This document shows positions 9,253 to 17,918 of a stretch of 64,000 nt of DNA, one piece after another. Within the stretch, counting starts at the first letter, position 1; every line of letters starts with the position of its first letter. The notes under the pieces are model-generated. The model saw only the letters and a list, made by a program, of their open reading frames with translations. It was not told the origin of the DNA and searched no databases. The stretch is from a virus (lineage: Duplodnaviria; Caudoviricetes): positions 64,001 to 128,000 of the IMG/VR virus record IMGVR_UViG_3300020049_016424. One strand, given 5' to 3'. Position numbers and translations under genes: made by a program.

Positions 9253-9485
9253 GGAGTAGACTTTCTAGGTAGGGGAGAGGGTAGGTTCTTGTGTTCTTGT
9301 ACCGCGAGAAGTCGCTGTCTTCGGGCAGCGTATGCGGACACGGAGAAGAGCGCGTTGTCCTGTGCAGTGAGTTCTGGCGAAGGCAGAGCTTCGTACTGTG
9401 CGCCAAGAGCGGTGTTCCGTATCCGGAACGGAATACCCGAAAGGGAGCGAATGTAGCGCCAGCGCTGGACGAAGAGGTGCTTCAT
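9249..9485 (-). CDS. MKH-leader small basic protein
   Basis: MKHLFVQRW; stop overlaps the vWA start. Confidence 0.72.
   Translation of the reverse strand: MKHLFVQRWRYIRSLSGIPFRIRNTALGAQYEALPSPELTAQDNALFSVSAYAARRQRLLAVQEHKNLPSPLPRKSTP
9296..9324 (-). promoter_or_regulatory. putative phage promoter CCGAAG-N15-GGTACAAG
   Basis: Copy of the recurrent bipartite motif, upstream of the vWA gene. Confidence 0.6.
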
Positions 9486-9694
9486 CGCTGTCTCGTGTGT
9501 TTGTACGCGACTAGCCGGCCCCAGAGGTCTTGCGCGTGTCTCGCACGGTAAGCGGCGTCAAGACCTCGATCGAAGCGCCGGCTTCTAGTGCGGAGTTCTT
9601 GCACGTTCACGAAATCTCCGCATTGTCGCCGTCGATAACGATTCGTAGGGGAGAATGAGTGCGCTTCCCGGGGAGACGTGAACACGTGCTTCAT
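9482..9694 (-). CDS. MKH-leader small basic protein
   Basis: MKHVFTSPR; ATGA-coupled. Confidence 0.72.
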   Translation of the reverse strand: MKHVFTSPREAHSFSPTNRYRRRQCGDFVNVQELRTRSRRFDRGLDAAYRARHAQDLWGRLVAYKHTRQR

Positions 9695-9903
9695 TGCGAG
9701 CCCTGCTTGTGCGACTCGAGGCGTGCGAGCAGTTGCGGGCGAAACCCGCTAACGTACAGCGGGCAGCCTTGTAAGTACCGCCGCGCGCGTGTTTCTATCT
9801 CACGTGTCTCAATGATGCGGCCGCACCTGCGCGCTTTGTGCGGATAAATGGAGACCCCTCGCAGCCCGTGGTAGTGCCAGAGCATGGTGAAGGCGTGCTT
9901 CAT
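9691..9903 (-). CDS. MKH-leader small basic protein
   Basis: MKHAFTMLW; ATGA-coupled. Confidence 0.72.
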   Translation of the reverse strand: MKHAFTMLWHYHGLRGVSIYPHKARRCGRIIETREIETRARRYLQGCPLYVSGFRPQLLARLESHKQGSQ

Positions 9904-10106
9904 CGGCGCAAGGCTTGCTTGTACAGGGAGAGGCGGCACAGTAGATCGAGCTGTAGATCGATGTCCAAGGACAAGCCTTTCCGAAGTCGACGGGCCCGCG
10001 GGTAGATCTCTTGTAAGTCGGGGTTTGGCCCGCTCATCCTACGGCGATGCGGGAGGTTGCAACTTCGCAGGGAGTAGGTCCAGCTAGACGCTAGCGCGTG
10101 TTTCAC
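9900..10106 (-). CDS. MKH-leader small basic protein
   Basis: GTG start, KHALASSW; GTGA-coupled. Confidence 0.7.
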   Translation of the reverse strand: MKHALASSWTYSLRSCNLPHRRRMSGPNPDLQEIYPRARRLRKGLSLDIDLQLDLLCRLSLYKQALRR

Positions 10107-10321
10107 GTAGGCGTTCCGTATTTCGAGATCTTGTACTGTTCGAGACGCACGGTGAGCCTGCTTCGCGCAATGATTTGTAGTACGAACGCGTCCTGTGCCG
10201 TGCGTTCCCGTGACATGACCGGATCGTACTGAACGGCGCCACGATGCCCCACCAGGCGCTCGCGCCACGGGTGAGGGGCGTCCAGGGCGTATACCCATGT
10301 GGACACGAAGATGTGCTTCAT
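10103..10321 (-). CDS. MKH-leader small basic protein
   Basis: MKHIFVSTW; ATGA-coupled. Confidence 0.72.
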   Translation of the reverse strand: MKHIFVSTWVYALDAPHPWRERLVGHRGAVQYDPVMSRERTAQDAFVLQIIARSRLTVRLEQYKISKYGTPT

Positions 10322-10524
10322 GAGTTCCTCGCGCTCTTGTAGTCCTGAAGCCGCGTGCGGAGCTCTCTGCGTGCGATACGCCGGGCAATGGCCGCGTTCC
10401 GGTCTCTACGAGCTCGCGTCAAGATGTTTTCTTGCACAAGAAGCTCGGCGACGCGTCGTTCACGAGCAGGAAGCGACGTCTGCCACCCTGTGCGCCACCA
10501 GCGTGAGCAGAATACGTGTTTCAC
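10318..10524 (-). CDS. MKH-leader small basic protein
   Basis: GTG start, KHVFCSRWW; similar to 12006-12170. Confidence 0.72.
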   Translation of the reverse strand: MKHVFCSRWWRTGWQTSLPARERRVAELLVQENILTRARRDRNAAIARRIARRELRTRLQDYKSARNS

Positions 10525-10733
10525 GGTGCCGCCTTCTTGGCTAACTGCCAACGGTACAGACGGTGACATAGCGCTTGCTGCGCCGAGTAGACCTGGTGAT
10601 CCCGCGCGCGGTCGCGCTGAGCTCGCGTAGGGATCTCTTCATGCAAGGTGTGCTGGCCCTCGACTCTCCAGCGGTATGGGTCGCCGCGGAGCCAGGTTCT
10701 TCGCATCCACGCGGACGTGAGGATGTGCTTCAT
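10521..10733 (-). CDS. MKH-leader small basic protein
   Basis: MKHILTSAW; ATGA-coupled. Confidence 0.72.
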   Translation of the reverse strand: MKHILTSAWMRRTWLRGDPYRWRVEGQHTLHEEIPTRAQRDRARDHQVYSAQQALCHRLYRWQLAKKAAP

Positions 10734-10960
10734 GGGGGCTCCCGGTGTTCTCGAAGCTGGCGCCGTGCGGCCTTGAAGGTCCACGCCCGCCGTTGGAGGG
10801 CGCAGCGTAGATTGTACTGAAGCCGCGCGGCGCGGGCCTCTCGAGTTTGGAACGTGAGGATGTCGTTGAAGTCGTAGAACGCGCCCACTTGCCGTTGGCG
10901 GAATAGCAACCCGTCTTCCGTGACGTGCCGTGTCCAAGTGGTTACGAAGAGATGCTTCAT
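10730..10960 (-). CDS. MKH-leader small basic protein
   Basis: MKHLFVTTW. Confidence 0.72.
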   Translation of the reverse strand: MKHLFVTTWTRHVTEDGLLFRQRQVGAFYDFNDILTFQTREARAARLQYNLRCALQRRAWTFKAARRQLREHREPP

Positions 10961-11011
10961 GGGGACCTCGAGTTTGTGGGTACGCGGAGGACCGCCTGTG
11001 CGGGAAGCCGT

Positions 11012-11236
11012 TCACTGTCCGGTAACGATACGACGCCATCGCCGCTCTCGTTTTCGGGTCTGAGACCGGGCCTGTAGGTCTCGTCGGCCCGCCAGGGCGA
11101 GCTGGTCGTTGTTCTGGGCTCGGTGCGCCCGTGTGAGGACGTATTCGACGCGAAGCACGCCGCCTTCGGTGCGGTAGAGGAACGGCCCCAGGCTGCCGAC
11201 ACTCCGCACCCAGCGAGTCACAAAGAGATGTTTCAT
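11012..11236 (-). CDS. MKH-leader small basic protein
   Basis: MKHLFVTRW; ATGA-coupled start. Confidence 0.72.
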   Translation of the reverse strand: MKHLFVTRWVRSVGSLGPFLYRTEGGVLRVEYVLTRAHRAQNNDQLALAGRRDLQARSQTRKRERRWRRIVTGQ

Positions 11237-11454
11237 CGCAACAACCCTGTGACCCTTGCCTCCCGCCACGCTGTCTTCCGTGCACGGAGGTCACGTCGTG
11301 CGCGTGACGCCGCTATCTCCGCGTCGAACCACTTTTGCGTGCGTGTGGGCACGGTTCGATACGTCACCTGATTCGCCCCGTTGAGGCGATAGGTGTAGCG
11401 CACGCCCGTGTCTGCGTGGCCGCGCTTCCACGGCGAGACGAAGACGTGTTTCAT
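11233..11454 (-). CDS. MKH-leader small basic protein
   Basis: MKHVFVSPW; ATGA-coupled. Confidence 0.72.
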   Translation of the reverse strand: MKHVFVSPWKRGHADTGVRYTYRLNGANQVTYRTVPTRTQKWFDAEIAASRARRDLRARKTAWREARVTGLLR

Positions 11455-11597
11455 GGCGGCGTCTTCTTCTTCTTCTTCAAAAAAAGACCCATGGTGCGCC
11501 ACGCTTCAGGGTAGCTCAGGTACCGATCGTAGGTTCCTTCCCAGCGCTGCCATCCGTACAAGGACTTGCGCCAGGGCGAGACGAAGACATGCTTCAT
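11451..11597 (-). CDS. MKH-leader small basic protein
   Basis: MKHVFVSPW; 48 aa, ends LKKKKKTPP. Confidence 0.65.
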   Translation of the reverse strand: MKHVFVSPWRKSLYGWQRWEGTYDRYLSYPEAWRTMGLFLKKKKKTPP

Positions 11598-11809
11598 TTG
11601 GCGGCTGAGTACTGCGCCAGGCGCTGTTGGGCGACCGTGTCCCAGCGCGCAGAGCGAAGCGACGCACATGTCCGCGCGAGATCTTCGAGTCGCCAGGCGC
11701 GGGTAAGAACCGCTTGTGTGCAAATGTATCGCCCTTCGTGGCGCTTTCGGTGATAACGCCCTTCGCGTAGGGAGAATCGTACCCATCGAGAGGTGAAGAT
11801 GTGCTTCAT
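11594..11809 (-). CDS. MKH-leader small basic protein
   Basis: MKHIFTSRW; ATGA-coupled. Confidence 0.72.
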   Translation of the reverse strand: MKHIFTSRWVRFSLREGRYHRKRHEGRYICTQAVLTRAWRLEDLARTCASLRSARWDTVAQQRLAQYSAAK

Positions 11810-12009
11810 GTGCGGCCCCGTTTGAAGAAGACAACGCGATACGCGAGGGCTTTGCGGGCATGGCATGCGTCGCGTATAGCGAGATAGGCGCGGCCCGCAG
11901 AATCTTGAACGATGCGGCGTTCGTAGATAGCGAAACATCGTCGCGTACGACCCCGCACTGTGCTCGTGAACTGCGTGCGCGTCCAGGCCCCTACCATAAC
12001 GTGCTTCAT
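11806..12009 (-). CDS. MKH-leader small basic protein
   Basis: MKHVMVGAW; ATGA-coupled. Confidence 0.72.
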   Translation of the reverse strand: MKHVMVGAWTRTQFTSTVRGRTRRCFAIYERRIVQDSAGRAYLAIRDACHARKALAYRVVFFKRGRT

Positions 12010-12170
12010 CGACGCGCCAGTTTGTATCTTAGAAGGCGGGTGCGTAGTTGGACGCGCGCAGTCACACGCGCGTTCTCTTGCGCAAGAAGCTCGGCGAAAC
12101 GTCGTTCACGAAAAGGGAACTGCGCCCACTGCTCTGCGCGCCACTCGCGTGTGCAGAATACGTGTTTCAT
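12006..12170 (-). CDS. MKH-leader small basic protein (below ORF-track cutoff)
   Basis: Hand-translated MKHVFCTREW...RERRFAELLAQEN...LRTRLLRYK, 54 aa; ATGA at both ends. Confidence 0.72.
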   Translation of the reverse strand: MKHVFCTREWRAEQWAQFPFRERRFAELLAQENARVTARVQLRTRLLRYKLARR

Positions 12171-12361
12171 GTGCCCCTCCGTTCGTGAAGCCTGTTCAAG
12201 ATCCCACTACGGGAGCCGTACTCCCCTAGGTACTTACGCGACGCTCGCGTATCCACCCAGGTGAACTCCATGTGAATATCGATGACGTACCGGCGACGGT
12301 ATCGCCGTCCGTTCGCCACAACGTACGCGAACTCCCACAGAGATACGAATACGTGCATCAT
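12167..12361 (-). CDS. MKH-leader small basic protein
   Basis: MMHVFVSLW; ATGA-coupled. Confidence 0.72.
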   Translation of the reverse strand: MMHVFVSLWEFAYVVANGRRYRRRYVIDIHMEFTWVDTRASRKYLGEYGSRSGILNRLHERRGT

Positions 12362-12561
12362 GGACCGCGTCCCACAGCAAGGCGGTCACGCAGGTGTTCG
12401 AGGAGCACCGCCCGCGTGCTTTGTGCGTAAAACTCGCGCCCCTCTTTGTTCATGACGTGCCGCCAGGACAGGGCGAACTTCCCGGCATACCGAAGACGTA
12501 CCGTGATCTGGGCGTCGGTAATGTACTGTATCTTCCACGGCGTCACAAAGGTGTGTTTCAT
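12358..12561 (-). CDS. MKH-leader small basic protein
   Basis: MKHTFVTPW; ATGA-coupled. Confidence 0.72.
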   Translation of the reverse strand: MKHTFVTPWKIQYITDAQITVRLRYAGKFALSWRHVMNKEGREFYAQSTRAVLLEHLRDRLAVGRGP

Positions 12562-12794
12562 GATCCTCGCCTTTCCCGGCGACGCCGCTCTGCCAGAGTT
12601 CGGTAACGGATCTGCTGCTGGCGGGCCAGGCAGCCGTCGTTGAACTCACGCCCCGCGCGGTTGAGGATCCTATCGACCTCAACCCAGGTGGTGCCCCCGC
12701 GCTGGCCGGTGCCAGCCACGTGTCGCGTTCGATGGAAGACGCCGCCTTCACAGCGATTCCGAGTCTGCCACGCGCTCACAAAGACGTGTTTCAC
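12558..12794 (-). CDS. MKH-leader small basic protein
   Basis: GTG start, KHVFVSAW; NRAGRE motif. Confidence 0.72.
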   Translation of the reverse strand: MKHVFVSAWQTRNRCEGGVFHRTRHVAGTGQRGGTTWVEVDRILNRAGREFNDGCLARQQQIRYRTLAERRRRERRGS

Positions 12795-13021
12795 GGCCCT
12801 TGCCTCCGGATGGCGCGGCGCCAGTCTAGGTTTTTGTTTCGCGCGTCCTGCGCGAGCTCTTCGTTGTTTAGGTCGCGCCCCGCAAGGTCCAGCACCCGCA
12901 CGCATTCAGTGTACCTGCCCGAGAAAATATCATACCCCCAGGACACTTCTCGAATGCGGTCTCGAGTCCCTGAAGACGGGTTGAACTCTTCGCGCCAGGA
13001 CGTAGCGAGGGCGTGTTTCAC
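12791..13021 (-). CDS. MKH-leader small basic protein
   Basis: GTG start, KHALATSW; DLAGRD motif. Confidence 0.72.
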   Translation of the reverse strand: MKHALATSWREEFNPSSGTRDRIREVSWGYDIFSGRYTECVRVLDLAGRDLNNEELAQDARNKNLDWRRAIRRQGP

Positions 13022-13251
13022 AGCTCCTTATCCAGAAAGGAGTCGCGCCGCAGCAGTAACAGCAGGCGATAGTCCTGCTGCTGGTTGTGCGCGAGCCTGT
13101 CGAGAGCGTCCTTCTGCCCCGCACGATCGAGCACGTATTCCGCTTCGCGGTACCCGCGGGCCTTGTAGTGGAGCGTACGTACACGTTCTCGAAAGCCCTG
13201 TCCGCGCGGATGATCTTGAATCCGCCACGAGCTGACAAATACGTGGATCAT
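13018..13251 (-). CDS. MKH-leader small basic protein
   Basis: MIHVFVSSW; DRAGQ motif. Confidence 0.72.
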   Translation of the reverse strand: MIHVFVSSWRIQDHPRGQGFRERVRTLHYKARGYREAEYVLDRAGQKDALDRLAHNQQQDYRLLLLLRRDSFLDKEL

Positions 13252-13490
13252 GGTGGAAGTCTTTCTCTAGGGAGTTGTTGCTTTTTTCGATCAAGAAGCC
13301 GGGCCACAAGTCGCCGATGTTGGCGCCTTTCTTCTTCTCGACGAGATCGAGCACGGCCTGCGGCGTTGGGCACGATGTACATATCGTGCCAGGGCCGCCC
13401 GTCTTCTGCCCAGCACGATACGCTGCGCACGTGCTTGAAGATATCGTTGAACTGTACCCGCTCCCAAGGCTCTGTGAACACGTGCTTCAT
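13248..13490 (-). CDS. MKH-leader small basic protein
   Basis: MKHVFTEPW; NAAGR motif. Confidence 0.72.
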   Translation of the reverse strand: MKHVFTEPWERVQFNDIFKHVRSVSCWAEDGRPWHDMYIVPNAAGRARSRREEERRQHRRLVARLLDRKKQQLPRERLPP

Positions 13491-13663
13491 GGCAACCTGT
13501 GTGTTCTCCGTGCGAACGCCTGCTCGCGCAGAGCGCACCGCGCCATGTACTCTGCGCGCCGTTGGTGAAGCTCCCGCCCGGCAACATCCAGTACGCTGCG
13601 GGTGGCAGCATCATAGGCGTTTTCGGGAACGCGCACCCAACGAGTCACAAAGACGTGCTGCAT
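13487..13663 (-). CDS. MKH-leader small basic protein (below ORF-track cutoff)
   Basis: Hand-translated MQHVFVTRW...LDVAGRE, 58 aa; stop overlaps the next ATG. Confidence 0.7.
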   Translation of the reverse strand: MQHVFVTRWVRVPENAYDAATRSVLDVAGRELHQRRAEYMARCALREQAFARRTHRLP

Positions 13664-13866
13664 CGGTCCCGCACTTTTTTGAGCTGTTGGAGACGCCCCT
13701 CGCGCTCCCAGCGAATTATCTCGCGGGTATGCCGCGCGTGAATGGCGCGCCCTACGGCGTCTGTGACCACGCGATACTGGTACCTGCTATGTGCGAATCG
13801 TACCTGCCGCCGCACGCCTGTGATCTCAGAATTTCGGACCCAAGCATTTACAAACGCATGCTTCAT
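13645..13866 (-). CDS. MKH-leader small basic protein
   Basis: MKHAFVNAW; DAVGR motif. Confidence 0.72.
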   Translation of the reverse strand: MKHAFVNAWVRNSEITGVRRQVRFAHSRYQYRVVTDAVGRAIHARHTREIIRWEREGRLQQLKKVRDRCSTSL

Positions 13867-14066
13867 AGTGGCACGCCTCGTCGAGCGCGCGCGGCGCGCT
13901 GCCGCGCGTCAAGCTGCGCATCTCCGACAAGCAGAGTTTCCCACTCTCGTCCGGCCCGGTTCCGTACAAGGCGGTAGGTCAGGGTTCCATTCTCATAGCG
14001 GCGGTCGTGCTGCACATCCTGTAGGAAGGGGCAGCGGCGCCAAACAGTAGCGAACACATGTTTCAT
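13863..14066 (-). CDS. MKH-leader small basic protein
   Basis: MKHVFATVW; NRAGRE motif. Confidence 0.72.
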   Translation of the reverse strand: MKHVFATVWRRCPFLQDVQHDRRYENGTLTYRLVRNRAGREWETLLVGDAQLDARQRAARARRGVPL

Positions 14067-14278
14067 GAATACCGCTCCCATACGTAAGCCGTGTGGCGTC
14101 GTTGCAGCGCGTTGAGCAGGTCTTCGTACTCCCAGTGTCGCAACACGGCACGTCCCGCTGTAGTTCTGCGAAGACGGATGGTTCGCTGCCGCCCCTCCGT
14201 GCGCGCCTCTTGCACCAACAGGCCGTGCGGGGTGTGCGAGACCCAAGAGGCCCATGGAGACGTCAGGACATGCTTCAT
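14063..14278 (-). CDS. MKH-leader small basic protein
   Basis: MKHVLTSPW; TTAGR motif. Confidence 0.72.
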   Translation of the reverse strand: MKHVLTSPWASWVSHTPHGLLVQEARTEGRQRTIRLRRTTAGRAVLRHWEYEDLLNALQRRHTAYVWERYS

Positions 14279-14478
14279 ACGACCTCTCGTCGGTGCCGCT
14301 GCAGGCGTAGACAAAGCATGATGCGATATCGGACGGGGTCCAGGACGAGAAGCGTCTCTAAGGTTCGCCGCGGCGAGCCGCCCTGTGGGAAGAGCTCGTC
14401 CCACTCTCCTGCCTTTCGCAGGCGCGTGTCTCCGGGCGATGTAGACATAGCCCACAAGGACACGAAGACATGTTTCAT
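14275..14478 (-). CDS. MKH-leader small basic protein
   Basis: MKHVFVSLW; ATGA-coupled. Confidence 0.72.
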   Translation of the reverse strand: MKHVFVSLWAMSTSPGDTRLRKAGEWDELFPQGGSPRRTLETLLVLDPVRYRIMLCLRLQRHRREVV

Positions 14479-14759
14479 GGCGGGTCTCGCAGCAGCCACA
14501 GGGTCAGCCGTCGCTGTAGGGCCTTACGTGCATTGAAAGTATGGAGGGTGGCGGTGCTGGAGGTTCGTATTTCCACGGGCTCAGGGGCTCTCCGCATAGA
14601 AACAGAGAGTGCCTCCATATGCCAGAGTTTGCGTCCCCAGGCGTCCACGTACAGGTAACGACTTTGGAAGTAAAAGCGGCAGTGGCGGAACTCCCGGGCG
14701 AACTCGCCACTACCCACCGCCATCGCCGTCTCCCATTTCCCCATCAGCGCATGTTTCAT
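14475..14759 (-). CDS. MKH-leader small basic protein
   Basis: MKHALMGKW; DAWGR motif. Confidence 0.72.
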   Translation of the reverse strand: MKHALMGKWETAMAVGSGEFAREFRHCRFYFQSRYLYVDAWGRKLWHMEALSVSMRRAPEPVEIRTSSTATLHTFNARKALQRRLTLWLLRDPP

Positions 14760-15055
14760 GGCAGAGCCCTTTTCCGCGTGGAGCAGGCGTTGGTGTGGCG
14801 GCGAAGAAGCGCACCCTGCGCTTCTATGCGATGAATGACCATCACATCTCGGTCGCAGGCGACTCGGGACAGGGGAGTGCCCCATACCGCGCCTTGCCAA
14901 GGGAGTTCCCACCTCCAAGTAACGTCTCCTTGAGGTCCTCGAAGCAGGTGTTGCGTCTCCGTGTGCCCTTTGCGTAGCACGCGGTAGCGGCAGCTACGGG
15001 TTCCCAGGATCATATTCGGGGGAAAGGCCCAGGGCCCTACGAAGGTGTGCTTCAT
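14756..15055 (-). CDS. MKH-leader small basic protein
   Basis: MKHTFVGPW; QGDVTW motif. Confidence 0.72.
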   Translation of the reverse strand: MKHTFVGPWAFPPNMILGTRSCRYRVLRKGHTETQHLLRGPQGDVTWRWELPWQGAVWGTPLSRVACDRDVMVIHRIEAQGALLRRHTNACSTRKRALP

Positions 15056-15345
15056 GTTGGCACCTTAGGCTTTCGTGTGGGAGAGGCAAAAAGACGTGCT
15101 CGAAGTGCCTGACGAGCTTCTGCAATGCGCTGTCTGTGTAAGTACTCCGAGGATGGAGGTTTATCCGCGTAGGGAACGGGGATGTTGCGTAGAATCGTAG
15201 GATCTTCCGCGGTCCAGCACACGACACCGTGAATGTCTGCGTAGAACCATCGGTATTCCCACCAGAAGGTGCCCGTCGGGCGCCGCCGCGTGCAAACCCC
15301 CCAAAAAAGATGACGCTCCCAAGGGCCTACAAACGCGTGTTTCAT
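15052..15345 (-). CDS. MKH-leader small basic protein
   Basis: MKHAFVGPW; HGVVCW motif. Confidence 0.72.
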   Translation of the reverse strand: MKHAFVGPWERHLFWGVCTRRRPTGTFWWEYRWFYADIHGVVCWTAEDPTILRNIPVPYADKPPSSEYLHRQRIAEARQALRARLFASPTRKPKVPT

Positions 15346-15635
15346 GTTTTCCACTTCCAGCGGCGGAGTCGGGCCCTCCGCGTGAGCTCCTGGCGCGCTT
15401 TTACTGCGTAGTAGTCTAGAACTATGGTGTCGTGAGGAGGATGCTTCGAGACGCGTTCACCCAGAAACCGCAAGGGCGTATCTGCGTTCCGAATCCACAC
15501 CACGTCCCCCTGTCTTGTGCGCTGCAAGCAGCGAGCTTCTACCGCGTATCCCGCCCCACGCGACTGTCGACCCATCACGCCGAGGTAGCTGCCTGGCGGG
15601 TGCGTGTACCACCTGGCAACGAAGACGTGTTTCAT
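15342..15635 (-). CDS. MKH-leader small basic protein
   Basis: MKHVFVARW; QGDVVW motif. Confidence 0.72.
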   Translation of the reverse strand: MKHVFVARWYTHPPGSYLGVMGRQSRGAGYAVEARCLQRTRQGDVVWIRNADTPLRFLGERVSKHPPHDTIVLDYYAVKARQELTRRARLRRWKWKT

Positions 15636-15934
15636 AGGCGTCTCCGCGCCTCCTTTCGGCGATCAAACATGCGGTGGAAGAGCCGCGTCTGCGCGCGGTA
15701 CGCGTACTGTCGCTCCACGACTTCGTCATGGGACCACGCGGCTGCGGCCCGTAGGTTCAGAAAGGAGCGCGGCAGATCCTCCCTGCGCTGCCATTCGAAA
15801 TACCCGTACGGGGTACGGACCAGGCAGCGATTCTCGAAGGAGCCCCCTGAAAGGTTGCTGCGCTCTTGCACAGAAAGAACGCCCGTGCGCTCGAAGCGGT
15901 CCTTCCGCCACCCCGTTGTGAACGCGTGTTTCAT
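15632..15934 (-). CDS. MKH-leader small basic protein
   Basis: MKHAFTTGW; ATG overlaps the stop of the HEXXH peptidase gene. Confidence 0.72.
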   Translation of the reverse strand: MKHAFTTGWRKDRFERTGVLSVQERSNLSGGSFENRCLVRTPYGYFEWQRREDLPRSFLNLRAAAAWSHDEVVERQYAYRAQTRLFHRMFDRRKEARRRL

Positions 15935-16665
15935 GCTTGCGCGAGCGCGTCCTCCTGGACCTCCTCGATCTCGGCTGCGGCGGCGAGACGGCTCTCCTCT
16001 TTCTTCGCTGCGATCGCGGCTTCGTGCTCGGACACAGCCTCGGACATTTCGTGGATCTCTTGGCGCAGGATGCGCAGGGCGAGCGTGTAGAGCGCCTTCG
16101 GATCCTTGAGGTGCGCGCCGCCGTCGTCCATGGCGCGCGTCAGGTAGTTCTCGTAGCTCAGATCTCGGGGCTGCGGAGGCATGAGCCGGTCGGAGAGGAC
16201 CCAGTACCCGAGGGGCTGCGCGGGGTCTTCGACCCCCGGATGGTTGCGCCGCAGCTTCTCGTTCGCGGCGGCGTCGGCCATGAGGTTGTCGAAGAGCCCG
16301 AAGAGGAACTTGTCCCGGGAGGTGAGGAGCGTTTTTCGCATCCGGCGGCTGCGCGGGATGTGTCCGAGGACGACGTGCAGCACTTCGTGCTCCATCGAGG
16401 CTGTGAGCTCTTCGAGCGACATCTTCTCGGCGTCGGGGTTGATGTAGAGCACGTACCGGTTGCCGTAGGGCCCGATGGCGAACGTGTGCACCGCGCGCGT
16501 GTAGATCTGTTCGAGCGCGTTGAAGATGTGCGCGTAGTACGCGCCGTTCGCCGTGCACAGGCAGCTGATGGCTTCGCGGATCGACAGGCGCAGCGCAACG
16601 GAAGCCGGCGCAGACGCAGGACGGCGGATCTGGGGCTTGTTCTTGGACGTGGCGATGTTCGACAT
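15931..16665 (-). CDS. putative zincin metallopeptidase (DUF2201 N-terminal type)
   Basis: HTFAI...LYINP...MEHEVLHVVLGH...NLMADAAAN...LSYENY; SD AAGGA before ATG 16665. Confidence 0.8.
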   Translation of the reverse strand: MSNIATSKNKPQIRRPASAPASVALRLSIREAISCLCTANGAYYAHIFNALEQIYTRAVHTFAIGPYGNRYVLYINPDAEKMSLEELTASMEHEVLHVVLGHIPRSRRMRKTLLTSRDKFLFGLFDNLMADAAANEKLRRNHPGVEDPAQPLGYWVLSDRLMPPQPRDLSYENYLTRAMDDGGAHLKDPKALYTLALRILRQEIHEMSEAVSEHEAAIAAKKEESRLAAAAEIEEVQEDALAQA

Positions 16666-16715
16666 GGGTAGTTTCCTTCGGATAGTCCGCGGGATAGATC
16701 GCGGAGGGGACCTCT

Positions 16716-16744
16716 CTTTTACCGGCGCGGGACGTATTTTTCGG
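16716..16744 (-). promoter_or_regulatory. putative phage promoter CCGAAA-N15-GGTAAAAG
   Basis: Copy of the bipartite motif 50 nt upstream of ATG 16665. Confidence 0.65.
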
Positions 16745-16780
16745 GCGAAGCCCCCTGTGGAATCGCGCGGGCTTTCGGGG

Positions 16781-16786
16781 TATCCT
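16781..16786 (+). promoter_or_regulatory. putative -10 box of a leaderless promoter
   Basis: ggTATCCT 6 nt before ATG 16793. Confidence 0.5.
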
Positions 16787-16792
16787 GCCCGC

Positions 16793-17800
16793 ATGACGAT
16801 CGTCGATGCCTACCACGGAGACCCGCGGCACACCCAGCTGCTCAGCCTGCTCGAACAGGCCCCGACCGCGCTGCCGCTCCTGAAAACGGCTTCCTTCGTG
16901 GAAGAGGCCATCGCGGACCTGCCGAACACCGCCTTCGCATGGGAAGACGCCCGGCGCTACCCGGTGCACACGCGAGAGGACGCGCTCGCTAGCCTCCTCT
17001 ACCGCTCGAAGTGCGCGGGGGCGGTGCCGAAGGACGTCGACGTGAAGCTCGCGACAGCAGCGCGCGCGTGGGACCTTGTTCCGGTCGTCGCCGAGCTCGC
17101 GCAGGCGCTGCAGTCCACGAAGACTGCCGCAGCCGCAGACCCCGAGTACGCCATCCCTTCGATGCGGCGCCTGCCGCTCGAGAGCCCGGAGCAGGTCAAG
17201 GTTGCTACCGAGGTGCTCGAGCGCGATCACCGCAAGCTCGCGTTCGACACGGCGCTCGAAGGCTTCGTCCGCCTCGCCAAGGCGGCGCAGAAGCATGGCG
17301 TGCCCCTCACGGCCAAGGTCGCTGCGCACGCGGGCCTCTGCGCCTGCGACACGGTCACGCTCGGCAATGAGATCGGGGAGCGCGCGGCGGTCACGAAGGT
17401 GGCGGCAGCCGAACAGGCATACAGCACCCTCGAGACGCTCGTGAACCAGCTCCCGTCGCGAGTCTACGATCGCGCGGTGCTCACGAAGATCGCGTCGAGT
17501 CTCCACACCCTCGACCAGCTCGGGCAGGTCGAGAACCACTACGGCAAGCGCCTACGCGATCCGCTCGAGGCGGTCTTCAACGCCGCGAGCATCAAGGTGG
17601 CGGCGCAGGGGGAGCTCTGTGACGTGGGCGGCATGCAGGTGCCGCTGCAGACGTTGATGACGCTGCCGCCCCAGATCTGGGAGCAGCTCGACGTGCCCGA
17701 GCTCGGGGAGATCGCGCAGAGCGGCGACGCAGCCCAGTTCCAGCAGGTGTTCGATACCCTGCCCCGAGACCTCAAGCTCATCCTCGCGAAGCAGCTCTGA
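16793..17800 (+). CDS. KxA-motif-rich protein (putative virion/head-associated)
   Basis: ATG 16793; KTAS, KLAT, KTAA, KVAT, KLAF, KVAA x3, KIAS; FAWEDARRYP. Confidence 0.75.
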   Translation: MTIVDAYHGDPRHTQLLSLLEQAPTALPLLKTASFVEEAIADLPNTAFAWEDARRYPVHTREDALASLLYRSKCAGAVPKDVDVKLATAARAWDLVPVVAELAQALQSTKTAAAADPEYAIPSMRRLPLESPEQVKVATEVLERDHRKLAFDTALEGFVRLAKAAQKHGVPLTAKVAAHAGLCACDTVTLGNEIGERAAVTKVAAAEQAYSTLETLVNQLPSRVYDRAVLTKIASSLHTLDQLGQVENHYGKRLRDPLEAVFNAASIKVAAQGELCDVGGMQVPLQTLMTLPPQIWEQLDVPELGEIAQSGDAAQFQQVFDTLPRDLKLILAKQL

Positions 17801-17918
17801 TCGTTGTGCCCCTCGGAAGCCCGCAAGAGAGCCCTGGAGACACGCCGTGACGCATTCGACGCTCTCTGCCGCTGAGGCACGCAACTAAAGAACACATGAC
17901 GTTCCCGCAAAACGCGCG

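Larger units (their letters stand above)
9249..15934 (-). repeat. MKH mini-ORF array A (30 units)
   Basis: 30 tandem ORFs of 48-100 aa with M[KMIQ]Hx[FLM]xxxW leader; 29 of 31 junctions, including entry and exit, are ATGA/GTGA overlaps. Confidence 0.9.
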
